Shown here piece after piece: positions 36,007-45,290 of a stretch of DNA of 64,000 nt. How positions within the stretch are numbered: the first letter of the stretch is position 1; the number at the start of each line of letters is the position of its first letter. A program made the translations under genes and the position numbers. The notes below the pieces were generated by a model. It had not been told where the DNA came from. It saw only the letters and a program-made list of their open reading frames with translations, and did not search any database. The DNA is from Kofleriaceae bacterium (GTDB lineage Bacteria > Myxococcota_A > Polyangia > Haliangiales > Haliangiaceae): NCBI GenBank assembly GCA_964203225.1, contig CAXNMK010000002.1, positions 545,664 to 609,663 on the forward strand. Reading direction: 5' to 3'.

Positions 36007-36315
36007 GAGCTTCGCGCGCTCCCAGCCGGCGATGCCGTCGGACATCACGTAGACCCGCGCGTAGCCGAGGCTCTGGGCGCGCACGGCGCCCGTGTGGCAG
36101 CTGTGTCAACCAGGGCCTGCGCAGTAGAACACCAGCGTCGCGTCGCGGTCTGGCGGCAGGTCGCTGACCGGGTAGCTGTACGGATGAAGGTTCTTCGCGC
36201 CGGGGACCTGGCTGCGGCGCCAGCGGCCCGCGCCGTTGTTGTCGAACACGTGAAAGCCCGGCTCGCCGAGGCGGGCAGCGACCTCCTGGACGGTGAGCTC
36301 GGGCAGCTCCGCCAC
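35989..36315 (-). pseudogene. single-domain rhodanese (sulfurtransferase) with in-frame TGA in the active-site loop
   Basis: GTG start with GAGG 6 nt upstream, directly after the DUF882 gene stop. Translation VAELPELTVQEVAARLGEPGFHVFD...LVFYCAGPG-[TGA 36106-36108]-HSCHTGAVRAQSLGYARVYVMSDGIAGWERAKLPVEPG. The C-terminal part aligns with the rhodanese end (VY..DGG..AW...LPVE). The TGA sits where the conserved loop Arg (C-x-x-G-x-R) is expected; CGA to TGA is a single transition. Confidence 0.6.
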
Positions 36316-36325
36316 GGGGACCTCG

Positions 36326-37093
36326 CTACGAGACCGGCTTGCGGGCCGGCTGCGTGCGGCGACCCGGGCGCTTCGCCTTGCTCTTCTTGCCGCTGTTCGG
36401 GCCCGAGCGGTCCGTCCACCGGTAGCTGGGCTCGCCGGGGGCGCGGAAGTCGACGTGGATGAAGCCGCTGGTCGGGTAGATGCCGATGCCCATGTGGCCC
36501 TGATCCAGGGACTCCGCGTAGGCGTACATGTCCCGGATCGAGACGTCCTTGATCCGGATGTCCATCGCGGAGGCGTGGAAGTGGCGGCTCGACGAGCGCT
36601 CGGCGAACCGGAACCCCGAGACCAGGTCGATCCGCTTGCCCTCGAAGTGGTCGTAGATCCGGGACAGCTGCTCGTATAGCTCGGTGCGCACCGCGCGGAC
36701 CTCGCCGGTCTGGCGGCAGCGGAACAGATCGTCGAGCTTGGCGAGCGCGGCCTCGTCGAACGTGCCGTCAGCCTTGTAGATGTTGACGTGGGCCTCGTCG
36801 GCGAGGTTCTCGGCGCGCAGCCAGACGTCACCCGACGGGCGCTCGAGGGGCTCGGTGCGCAGGCTCGACCGGGCGGCGTTGTGCCCGGTGAACATCGCGA
36901 CCCGCTTGCACTTCTTCTTGCCGCGGACCTTCGAGCACTCGCGCGTGGCGCCCTTGCCGGACCCCTTCCGCTTGCTCGAGCTGTTGGCCGACTTCGCGGC
37001 TGCCATCGCCTTCGGCTTCGCATCCACCGTGGCGACTCCCGGGAGGAGCGTCGCCAGGAGGGCTACGGCGATCAGGAGGGCCAGTCGTCGCAT
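36326..37093 (-). CDS. DUF882 / peptidase M15A (YcbK-like) family protein, secreted
   Basis: Signal peptide MRRLALLIAVALLATLLPGVATVDA. C-terminal HMGIGIYPTSGFIHVD and SGFRFAERSSSRHFHASAMD are typical of YcbK/M15 D-Ala-D-Ala carboxypeptidase-like proteins. Confidence 0.8.
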   Translation of the reverse strand: MRRLALLIAVALLATLLPGVATVDAKPKAMAAAKSANSSSKRKGSGKGATRECSKVRGKKKCKRVAMFTGHNAARSSLRTEPLERPSGDVWLRAENLADEAHVNIYKADGTFDEAALAKLDDLFRCRQTGEVRAVRTELYEQLSRIYDHFEGKRIDLVSGFRFAERSSSRHFHASAMDIRIKDVSIRDMYAYAESLDQGHMGIGIYPTSGFIHVDFRAPGEPSYRWTDRSGPNSGKKSKAKRPGRRTQPARKPVS

Positions 37094-37243
37094 GGACCAG
37101 CAGGCTAGGCCCGACCCGGGATCGAACTCAACAAATACGGCCGCGGAAAATCACCGCCGGATGAAACGACTGTACGCCAGGATGCAATGGCTGCGCGGGA
37201 TCACCACCCGGGTGTTCAGTGGGCCCACCCGGACATCCCCCGC

Positions 37244-37723
37244 TCAGGCCGGCGGTGGGACCGGCAGCGGAGGCAGGTTCACCCCGGGCAGGCCGAGGTG
37301 GACCAGCTCGATCGAGAGCTTCTGCGCAACCTCGAAGATCCGGCTGTCCCGGTAGAACTCGCCGAAGCAGATCCGGGTCACGCCGGCGTTCGCCATCTGC
37401 TTGAAGCAGCTCCAGCACGGGCTGGCGGTCACGTAGACCGTGGCCTTGTCGATGTTCACGCCGTTCTTGGCGGCCTGGATGATGGCGTTGGACTCGGCGT
37501 GGATGGTGGCCACGCAGTGGTTGTCCTCCATCATGTGGCCGACCTCCGAGCAGTGCGGCATGCCGCGGATCGATCCGTTGTAGCCGGTCGACAGGATCGT
37601 CCGGTCGCGGACGATCACCGCCCCCACGAACTTGCGCGGGCAGGTCGAGCGGGTCGCCACCACCTGGGCGATGCTCATGAAGTACGCGTCCCACGACGCG
37701 CGCGGGCGGATGTCCTCGGCCAT
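37244..37723 (-). CDS. dCMP deaminase (ComEB-type cytidine/deoxycytidylate deaminase)
   Basis: HAESNAI and [15 protein letters not shown] (H-x-E ... PC-x-x-C zinc motifs) with the TGYNG upstream segment. Confidence 0.85.
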   Translation of the reverse strand: MAEDIRPRASWDAYFMSIAQVVATRSTCPRKFVGAVIVRDRTILSTGYNGSIRGMPHCSEVGHMMEDNHCVATIHAESNAIIQAAKNGVNIDKATVYVTASPCWSCFKQMANAGVTRICFGEFYRDSRIFEVAQKLSIELVHLGLPGVNLPPLPVPPPA

Positions 37724-37785
37724 GCGCCATCCTAGATCACCGGGTGCCGGGACGGCGCGCGGCACGGGTGTTATGGTTCGCCGCC

Positions 37786-40689
37786 ATGTCCGCCCCCACG
37801 TCGTCGGGCCAGTCCAAGTACAAGGACAGCGTCAACCTCCCCGAAACTCCGTTCCCGATGCGCGGCGACCTCGCCACGCGGGAGCCCGAGATCCTCGCCA
37901 GCTGGGAGCGCACCGGCCTCTACCAGCGCATCCAGGATGCTCGCGAGGGGGCGCCGCTGTTCGTCCTCCACGATGGCCCGCCGTACTCGAACGGCCACAT
38001 CCACTACGGCCACATCCTCAACAAGATCCTCAAGGACATCGTCGTCAAGTCGCGGACGATGGCCGGGTTCCGCACGCCGTTCATCCCGGGCTGGGACACC
38101 CACGGCCTGCCGATCGAGCTCGCCCTCGAGCGCGAGCTCAAGGACAAGCGCTCGGCGATGAGCCCGGCGGAGTTCCGCCAGGCGTGCCGCGCGTACGCGA
38201 TGAAGTTCGTGGAGATCCAGCGCACCGAGTTCAAGCGCCTCGGCGTGCTCGGCGACTGGGAGCACCCCTACCTGACGCTCGATCCGACGTACGAGGGCGC
38301 GATCGCCCGCGCGCTCGCCACGTTCGCGCGCAAGGGGTTCCTGTACCGGGGCAAGAAGCCGGTGTCGTGGTGCCCGCGCGACAAGACCGCGCTCGCCGAG
38401 GCCGAGATCATCTACGCCGACAAGACCTCGCCGTCGGTGTACGTAAAGTTCCCGCTCGTCGATCGCGGCCAGCTCGACGTCCGGCTCGAGGGCCAGCGCC
38501 TCGCGTACGTGATCTGGACGACCACGCCGTGGACGCTGCCGGCGAACCTCGCGATCGTCGCGCACCCGGCGTTCACCTACGTCGCGCTGCCCAACCCGCG
38601 GGACGCCGGCGAGTCCCTGATCGTCGCCCGCGACCTCGCCGAGGCGTTCACCAAGGCGATCGGCGGCGGGGACCTCGCCGCGGCCATCGAGATCACGCCC
38701 GCGCAGATGGCCACCCTCGAGGGCGGCCGCTACGCGCACCCGTTCCTCGCCGCGGCGCCCGAGGGCGTGCCCGCGGACAAGGTGTGGCGCCTGTGGTTCG
38801 CGGACTACGTCACCACCGAGGCCGGCACCGGGCTCGTCCACACCGCGCCGGGCCACGGCGCCGACGACTACAAGACCGGCATGGCGCACGGCCTGCCGGC
38901 GTACGCGCCGCTCGACGATGCCGCGCGCTACACCGCGGGCATCGCGCTCGACGGTGGCGAGGCGCTGACCGGCAAGACCACGGAGCAGGCCAACCCCGTG
39001 ATCGTCGCGCACCTCGCGGCGTCCGGGCACCTCCTCAACCCGACCACCGACAAGATCCACCACAGCTACCAGCACTGCTGGCGCTGCAAGGGGCCGATCG
39101 TGTTCCGCGCCACGCCGCAGTGGTTCATCGCGATGGACCACGACGGCTATCGCACGGCCGCGCTCGGCGAGATCGACAAGACCACGTGGGTCCCGCCGTG
39201 GGGCCACGATCGGATCTACGCGATGATCGAGAACCGCCCGGACTGGGTGCTGTCGCGCCAGCGCCTGTGGGGCACCCCGATCCCCGCGTTCTATTGCACC
39301 GGCTGCGGCGCCGCGCACGCCAACGCCGACACGATGGACCACATCGCCGGCATCTTCGAGAAGGAGGGCGCCGACGCCTGGTGGACGCGCACGGTCGCCG
39401 AGCTGGTCCCGGTGGGCACCACGTGCGCTGGCTGCGGCGCGGGCCCCGACAAGCTCGAGCGCGAGAAGGACATCGTCGACGTGTGGTTCGAGTCGGGCGT
39501 GTCCTGGCTCGCGATGCAGAACCGCCCCGGCAAGGACGGCGCGGATCACGCGCACATCGACCTCTACCTCGAGGGCTCCGACCAGCACCGCGGCTGGTTC
39601 CACAGCTCGCTGCTCGCGGCGCTCGGCGTCAAGGGCAGTGCGCCGTACGACCAGGTCATCACGCACGGGTTCGTGCTCGACGCCGCGACCGGCACGCCCT
39701 ACTCGAAGTCCGACATCGCCAAGGCGAAGGCGGAAGGGCGCAAGCTCGACTACATCGAGCCCGAGGCGGTCATCAAGAAGAACGGCGCCGAGATGTTCCG
39801 GCTGTGGGTGGCGTCGACCGAGTTCCGGTCCGACATCCCGTACAGCCAGACGATCCTCGACGGCCTGTCCGAGTGGTACCGCAAGCTCCGCAACACGGCG
39901 CGGTTCCTCCTCGGCAACCTCAAGGACTTCGATCCGAACGTACATGGCCGGGAGGTCGTGGTCACGTCGGGGCTCGCGGTCGACCGTTACCTGCTCGCGA
40001 AGACCGATGACGTGGTGGCCCGCGCGCGCAAGGCGTACGAGGCCTACGAGCTGCACGTCGTGCACCGGCTGCTCGTGGAGTTCGTCACGACGGACCTGTC
40101 GGCGCTGTACGGCGACGTCACCAAGGACCGCCTGTACTCCGACGCGGTCGATTCCGGGCCGCGCCGCGCGGCGCAGCTCGTGATGTACGAGGCACTGCGC
40201 GCGATCACCACGCTGATCGCGCCGATCCTCGCGTTCACCGCCGAGGACATCTGGGCGCACATGCCGAAGCGCGCGGGGGACCCGGACAGCGTCCACCTCG
40301 CCACGTTCCCCGCGGCCGCGCCGGCCACGCAGATCGCGGCGGTCGCCGAGCTCGTCACCGAGTTCGGCGTCCTGCTCGCGTGGCGCGAGCGCGCGACCAA
40401 GGCGCTCGAACCGTTCCGCGCGACCAAGAAGAAGTCGGTCGACGCCGAGCTCGAGCTCCACCCCGTGGCTGCCGATCGCCCCACGCTGGCGCGCTACGCG
40501 ACCGAGCTGGCGGACCTGTTCATCGTGTCGGCGGTCACGATCGGCGGCGCCGGCGACGGCACCGCCGTGGTCCGCGAGCACGCCGGCCCGCGCTGCGAGC
40601 GCTGCTGGAAGCACTTCGAGAAGCTGGCCGCCGACCCCGATGACGTGTGCGAGCGGTGCGCGACCGCGCTCGCCGGAAGGAAGGCGTGA
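37786..40689 (+). CDS. ileS: isoleucyl-tRNA synthetase (type 1, C-terminal zinc finger)
   Basis: HIGH motif ([16 protein letters not shown]), KMSKS region, editing domain, C-terminal CERCWKHF...CERC zinc-binding. Start chosen at [19 protein letters not shown]. Confidence 0.95.
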   Translation: MSAPTSSGQSKYKDSVNLPETPFPMRGDLATREPEILASWERTGLYQRIQDAREGAPLFVLHDGPPYSNGHIHYGHILNKILKDIVVKSRTMAGFRTPFIPGWDTHGLPIELALERELKDKRSAMSPAEFRQACRAYAMKFVEIQRTEFKRLGVLGDWEHPYLTLDPTYEGAIARALATFARKGFLYRGKKPVSWCPRDKTALAEAEIIYADKTSPSVYVKFPLVDRGQLDVRLEGQRLAYVIWTTTPWTLPANLAIVAHPAFTYVALPNPRDAGESLIVARDLAEAFTKAIGGGDLAAAIEITPAQMATLEGGRYAHPFLAAAPEGVPADKVWRLWFADYVTTEAGTGLVHTAPGHGADDYKTGMAHGLPAYAPLDDAARYTAGIALDGGEALTGKTTEQANPVIVAHLAASGHLLNPTTDKIHHSYQHCWRCKGPIVFRATPQWFIAMDHDGYRTAALGEIDKTTWVPPWGHDRIYAMIENRPDWVLSRQRLWGTPIPAFYCTGCGAAHANADTMDHIAGIFEKEGADAWWTRTVAELVPVGTTCAGCGAGPDKLEREKDIVDVWFESGVSWLAMQNRPGKDGADHAHIDLYLEGSDQHRGWFHSSLLAALGVKGSAPYDQVITHGFVLDAATGTPYSKSDIAKAKAEGRKLDYIEPEAVIKKNGAEMFRLWVASTEFRSDIPYSQTILDGLSEWYRKLRNTARFLLGNLKDFDPNVHGREVVVTSGLAVDRYLLAKTDDVVARARKAYEAYELHVVHRLLVEFVTTDLSALYGDVTKDRLYSDAVDSGPRRAAQLVMYEALRAITTLIAPILAFTAEDIWAHMPKRAGDPDSVHLATFPAAAPATQIAAVAELVTEFGVLLAWRERATKALEPFRATKKKSVDAELELHPVAADRPTLARYATELADLFIVSAVTIGGAGDGTAVVREHAGPRCERCWKHFEKLAADPDDVCERCATALAGRKA

Positions 40690-40694
40690 GCGCC

Positions 40695-41375
40695 ATGACC
40701 GACACCAGCACCGATACCCCCACCGACACCGCGCCGCCGCCGTCCCCGACGAGCTCGACGAGCTCGACGAGCTCGTCGGTCAGCGCGATCGTCGACACCC
40801 GCTGGAAGATCTTCTGGATCATCGGCCTGCTGTCGCTGGTCGCCGATCAGGCCACCAAGATCTGGGCGCGGGCCTCGCTGCCGACGCACCCGGCCGGCTG
40901 CAACGTCCCGGAGGACTTCATCTCCCACAAGTGCGGCGGTGCCCCGGTCGACGTGATCAGCGGGTTCTGGGAGTGGCACCTGTCGATGAATCCCGGCGCG
41001 GCGTTCTCGATGTTAGGTGGCCAGAGCTTCTCCCGCGTGCTGCTGTCCGCGATCGGCGTGCTCGCGGTCGCCGGCATGCTGTGGATGCTCAAGAAGGCGC
41101 GCGCCGACCAGAAGGTGCTGCACTACGCGCTCGCGTTCGTCGTGGGAGGCGCGGTCGGCAACCTGATCGACCGCATCTACCACGGCGTGGTCACCGACTT
41201 CGTGCTGTGGAAGTACAAGACCCACCATTGGCCGGTGTTCAACATCGCCGACGTCGTGCTGGTCGTCGGCGTCGGCCTGATGGTCATCGACATCCAGAAG
41301 GAGGGGAAGCGGGAGAAGGCCGCCAAGAAGGCCGCGCAGGAGAAGGCGAAGGCCGCGGGCCTGCTCGACCGCTGA
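40695..41375 (+). CDS. lspA: lipoprotein signal peptidase II
   Basis: 4 TM with conserved FNIADVVLVVG and NPGAAFSM segments. Starts 6 nt after the ileS stop (classic ileS-lspA pairing). N-terminal Thr/Asp/Ser/Pro-rich extension. Confidence 0.9.
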   Translation: MTDTSTDTPTDTAPPPSPTSSTSSTSSSVSAIVDTRWKIFWIIGLLSLVADQATKIWARASLPTHPAGCNVPEDFISHKCGGAPVDVISGFWEWHLSMNPGAAFSMLGGQSFSRVLLSAIGVLAVAGMLWMLKKARADQKVLHYALAFVVGGAVGNLIDRIYHGVVTDFVLWKYKTHHWPVFNIADVVLVVGVGLMVIDIQKEGKREKAAKKAAQEKAKAAGLLDR

Positions 41376-41447
41376 GTCCGCCGAAGGCCGCCGTGCGCCG
41401 GGAGGCTGGCGCTGGAAATCGACCCGGGAGATCGTACACTCGGGTCC

Positions 41448-42173
41448 ATGAAGGTCCTCGCGCTCCTCCTGTGCTGTGGTGCGCTCGCCGCGTGCGAGAG
41501 CGACGACGGCGACTACCCGATCCAGCCGGGCGGGAACACCCCGCCGGGCACGTCCTCCCGGCCCGATGGCGGCGCGGGTGGGGACGCCGCAGGGGCGACG
41601 ATCAGCGGGCGCGTGTGCAAGCTCACCGACCTGCGCGCCCACAGCAGCGCGGCGTGCGCGACCACGGGGGCGGCCGGCATCACGGTCACGCTCGGGGCCT
41701 CGACCGCGGAGACCGACGCGACCGGCGCGTTCACGATCCCCACACCCACCGGGACCAACCTGGTCTGGCGTGCATCCGGCGTGGACCTGGTGGGAGCGGT
41801 GATGCCACTCGGGGGGACCACCGAGATCCCGATCATCGACACCGCGACCTACGAGGAGCTGCTGCTGTCGGCCGGCGTGCTGCTGTCGTCCGCGCAGGGC
41901 TCGATCATCGGCTACGTGCGGCGCGCGGGGCAGCCACTGGCGGGCGCCGTCGCCGACGTCACCCCGGTGCCGCCGTATCCCGCGGCGTACGATGGCATCA
42001 CGGCCTCGGTGTGGCGCGCCGGCGCGACGGGCGCCCTCGGGACGGTGTGGGTGCCCGCGCTCGACGCCGGCGCGGTGACGGTGACCGTGACACCCGCAGT
42101 CAGCAGCGTGGTCACGCGGACGGTGCCCGTCGAGGCGGTCGCGATCACGTTCGTGCCGTTCGAGATCCCGTGA
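41448..42173 (+). CDS. lipoprotein, carboxypeptidase-regulatory-like beta-sandwich domains, hypothetical
   Basis: MKVLALLLCCGALAAC (good lipobox LAAC). Repeated ISGRV/GYVRRAG...GA...V motifs suggest CarboxypepD_reg-like folds. Confidence 0.55.
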   Translation: MKVLALLLCCGALAACESDDGDYPIQPGGNTPPGTSSRPDGGAGGDAAGATISGRVCKLTDLRAHSSAACATTGAAGITVTLGASTAETDATGAFTIPTPTGTNLVWRASGVDLVGAVMPLGGTTEIPIIDTATYEELLLSAGVLLSSAQGSIIGYVRRAGQPLAGAVADVTPVPPYPAAYDGITASVWRAGATGALGTVWVPALDAGAVTVTVTPAVSSVVTRTVPVEAVAITFVPFEIP

Positions 42174-42270
42174 GCGCGGCTGGTCCTCTGACCGAGGCGG
42201 AGTGACCACATCGGAGGCGCGATCCATCGCCGATCGCGTCGTTGCGGGGCCGCTAGTGCCGCTAGTGCCG

Positions 42271-43612
42271 CTAGTGCCGCGCTGCGGCCAGGTGGGACAG
42301 GGCGGCGCGCCAGCCCGCGGCCTTGGTCTCGGTCTCCGCGAGCTCGCTCGCCGGCTCCGAGTCCGCGACGATGCCGCCGCCGACGTGGACGCGGAGCTCG
42401 CCCCCGGCGAGGACGCCGATCCGGATCGCGATCGCGAGGTCGAACGCGCCGGCCGCGCCGAAGTAGCCGAGCGCGCCGCAGTACGGGCCCCGGCGCGTCG
42501 GCTCGAGCTCGTCGATCAGCTCCATCGCGCGGACCTTCGGCGCGCCCGTGATCGAACCGCCAGGGAAGGTCGCGCGCAGCAGCTCGGCGTAGCCGACCTC
42601 GGGGCGCGGCTCCGCGCTGACCCGCGACACCTGGTGGTAGAGCGCCGGCAGCTCGACGACGTAGCCGAGAGCGTCGACCCGCACCGAGCCCGCCGTCGCG
42701 ATCCGGCCGAGGTCGTTGCGCTCGAGGTCGACGATCATCAGGTGCTCGGCGGCGTCCTTCGCCGAGGCTGCGCAGCTCGGCGGCGCCGGTGGCGGAGCGC
42801 GGCCGGGTCCCCTTGATCGGGCGGGTCTCGAGTCGCGCGCCGGTGGCCGCGAGGAACCGCTCGGGGGAGCCGGAGATCACGGTCATGCCATCGGCCTCGA
42901 GCAGTGCGCCGTAGGGCGCCGGGGCGACCGCATCGAGCGCGGCATAGATCGCGAGCGGGTCGCCGGGCGCGACGACCGGCGCGACCAGCCGGCGCGCGAG
43001 GTTGACCTGGTACACGTCCCCGGCCGCGAGGTAGTCGCGGATGCGCTCGACCCGCGCCATGTGGTGATCGCCGTGGTCGTCCGCGACGAGCGGCCCCAGG
43101 CTCGGCGGCAGCGTCGGCCGGGCGGGGCGCGCGAGGTGGGCCGCGAGGCGCGCGCGCGCAGCGGGGTCCGGCCCGACGATCTCGAGCGGCCCGGCGCCGT
43201 GCCACCGCGCCATCGCGCCGTACGCCGCCAGCCACAGGTCGGGGGTATCGCCCCCGCGCGTGGGTCCGCCCGGCAGCCTCTCGACCACGCGCGCGAGGTC
43301 GTAGCCGAGCACGCCGACCACGCGCGGGACCGGCGGTGCGTCGTCGGACCTGGTGGTGCGCTCGCAGCCGTGGGCGGCGAGGAACGCCTGCGCCGCGTCG
43401 AGCGGGTCGCCGTCGAACCGGCGCACGACACCGCCCGCGGCGTCGAGCTCGACCAGCGCGTGCCCGCGCGCGATCAGGGTGGCGGTGGGCTCGGCGCTGG
43501 CGAACGACCACGTGCCGAGGCCGTCGTCATCGCGCCCCGAGTGGAGCAGCACCCGCCCACGGAGGCCGCCCAGGCGCGCCGCCGCGTCGAGCGGTAACAC
43601 GGGCTCCGGCAT
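42271..43612 (-). pseudogene. pabB: aminodeoxychorismate/anthranilate synthase component I (PabB/TrpE family), reading frame interrupted by a 1-nt shift near 42760
   Basis: N-terminal part in ORF 41912..43612 up to ...LETRPIKGTRPRSATGAAELRSL. C-terminal part in ORF 42271..42738 (MIVDLERNDLGRI...GGSITGAPK...PYCGALGYF). The conserved AKDAAEHLMIVDL is only restored by removing one G from ctcGGcgaagg on the coding strand (~42760). Confidence 0.6.
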
Positions 43613-43619
43613 CGCGCTC

Positions 43620-45290
43620 CTAGAACTCGTCGTCGCCGGGCGGCGGGCGCTTCGGCGTATCGAGCGCGATCAGCGCCTCGAGGGCATCATCCGCGTCCTG
43701 CGGCGACGGCTCCTCGGCGGGCATCACGCCGCTCATGTCCATCTCGTCGTCGAGCGGGGGCTCGGCGGGCGCTGGCGCGGGCGACGCGGGCCGGGCGCGC
43801 GCCGGCGGTGGGGGGGGCGGGCCATCGCCGGGCACCGATGCCGGCTGGTCGGTCGCGACCGCAAGGGCCGGGGCGAGCGCGGCGACGCGCGGCGCGGGCT
43901 CGATCAGGATGATGCCCTCGCCGGTGCACTCGACGGCGGTGGCGCCCAGCGGCCCGCCGCCCTGCGGCACCACGGCGCGCGGGATCACGCGACCGATCCA
44001 GCCAGCGAGGCGCGCCGCATCGACGAGCACCACGCCCTGGGCGGGTAGCTTGACCCGCACCAGCGGCCTGGCGGCGCGCAGCACGAGCCCGCCGTCTCCG
44101 CGGAACTGGACCACGGGCAGCTGGCCACGCAGGCCCGGGACGTTGCCGTTCTCCCACCGCAGCGAGGTCTCGAACGCGAACACGAGATCCTCGCGCAGGT
44201 AGAGGATGTCGTCGTCGAGCCCGAGCGCGAAGAACGTCCGGTCGTCGGGCAGCGCGAGCAGGTAGCCGGTGCCCGTGACCACGTGGAGCGGCGAGCCGCC
44301 GTGATCGAAGCGCTCCTCGGTCTGCGTGCCGCGCGAGCGCCGCGTGGCGACCTCGTAGGCGAGGTCCCCGCCGGTGACGTGGACGCCATCGAGCCGGGTC
44401 AGGACGCGGTCGGTGACGCGGATCAGCAGCGAGCCGCCGGCGCCGACCTCGAACACCTCGGGGCCGCCCTCGGGGCGGATCAGCTCGTCGGTCGCGAGCT
44501 CGGAGAGCGGGCGCGGCGCGAGGCCGCCCGAGGGCGTGCGCTCGGCGACCGCGGCGGGGCGCGCGGGGGCGGCGGTGATCTCGGGCGGCGAGATCATCGA
44601 CACGCCGGGTGCGGGCGCGGGCGCGGCCATCGCGCGGGGCGGCAGCACGAACTGCATCGAGTCCTCGGTGCGCTGCGCGGTGGAGGGCGGCGCGGGCTCG
44701 GCGCGCGCGCGCACGGCGGCGCTGTCGACGGTGACCTCGGGGTGCGAGACCCGGGCCAAGGGACCAGATGTCGGGCCCGACGCCGGGCGCGCGGCGACCA
44801 CCGCGGGCGTGCCGGTGCGCGCGAGCTGGGCCTGGATCGCCTCGCGCTCGCCGGTGGTGAGGTTGATCTCGATCTCCGTCGCGAACTCGGTCTGGCCGGC
44901 GAACAGGAACGAGCGGTACGCTTCGGCGTACCGCCCGGCGCGCGCGAACGCGAGGCCGAGGTACGTGACGGTGTGGGTGCCGCTCGGATCGAGTGCGCGG
45001 CTCGCCTCGAGAGCGCTGATCGCGCGGTCCGCCTCGTTGAGCTTGAGGTAGACGAGGCCGAGGTTCATCCGGTGCGCGGCGTCGACGGGCGCACGCTCGA
45101 CGAGGTGCTCGTAGATCGGCCGCGCCTGATCGAACTGGTTGCCGCGGAAGTAGGTCAGGCCGAGCAGCGCGAGCGCGCGCACGTTCTCGGGCTCCTGATC
45201 GAGCGCGATCCGGAAGCTGCGCTGGGCGAGGTCGAGCTCCCCCCTCTTGAGCTGCGCCGTACCCCGCGTGAGCGCATCATCGAACACCAC
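43620..45290 (-). CDS. TPR-repeat protein with C-terminal AIM24-like (DUF124-type) beta domain and Pro-rich acidic tail
   Basis: N-terminal TPRs (ALALLGLTYFRGNQFDQARPIYEHLVERAP...). Central segment LIRVTDRVLTRLDGVHVTGGDLAYEV...GTGYLLALPDD...VLVDAARLAGW resembles the AIM24/TIGR00266 fold. Overlaps the comEC stop by 14 nt. Confidence 0.6.
   Translation of the reverse strand: MVFDDALTRGTAQLKRGELDLAQRSFRIALDQEPENVRALALLGLTYFRGNQFDQARPIYEHLVERAPVDAAHRMNLGLVYLKLNEADRAISALEASRALDPSGTHTVTYLGLAFARAGRYAEAYRSFLFAGQTEFATEIEINLTTGEREAIQAQLARTGTPAVVAARPASGPTSGPLARVSHPEVTVDSAAVRARAEPAPPSTAQRTEDSMQFVLPPRAMAAPAPAPGVSMISPPEITAAPARPAAVAERTPSGGLAPRPLSELATDELIRPEGGPEVFEVGAGGSLLIRVTDRVLTRLDGVHVTGGDLAYEVATRRSRGTQTEERFDHGGSPLHVVTGTGYLLALPDDRTFFALGLDDDILYLREDLVFAFETSLRWENGNVPGLRGQLPVVQFRGDGGLVLRAARPLVRVKLPAQGVVLVDAARLAGWIGRVIPRAVVPQGGGPLGATAVECTGEGIILIEPAPRVAALAPALAVATDQPASVPGDGPPPPPPARARPASPAPAPAEPPLDDEMDMSGVMPAEEPSPQDADDALEALIALDTPKRPPPGDDEF

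Noticed and set aside
36106-36108. Selenocysteine interpretation of the in-frame TGA in the rhodanese gene
   Set aside because: The catalytic Cys (FYC) is retained upstream, and the TGA sits where a loop Arg (CGA) is expected. No selenium-utilisation genes are visible in the window. Retained only as a low-probability alternative in the finding.
37094-37243. tRNA-like T-arm resemblance (gggatcgaactc) in the intergenic region between the DUF882 and dCMP deaminase genes
   Set aside because: No convincing cloverleaf: the acceptor stem, anticodon stem and GTTC consensus could not be built by eye.
37771-40614. 947-aa minus-strand ORF antisense to ileS; similar long antisense ORFs opposite comEC (45319..47667 +), mgtE (3469..5074 +), the metzincin cluster and the TPR gene (52442..54799 +)
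   Set aside because: All are Arg/Ala/Pro/Gly-rich with no recognisable motifs and overlap genes with strong homology-type evidence. They are attributed to GC-driven stop-codon depletion.
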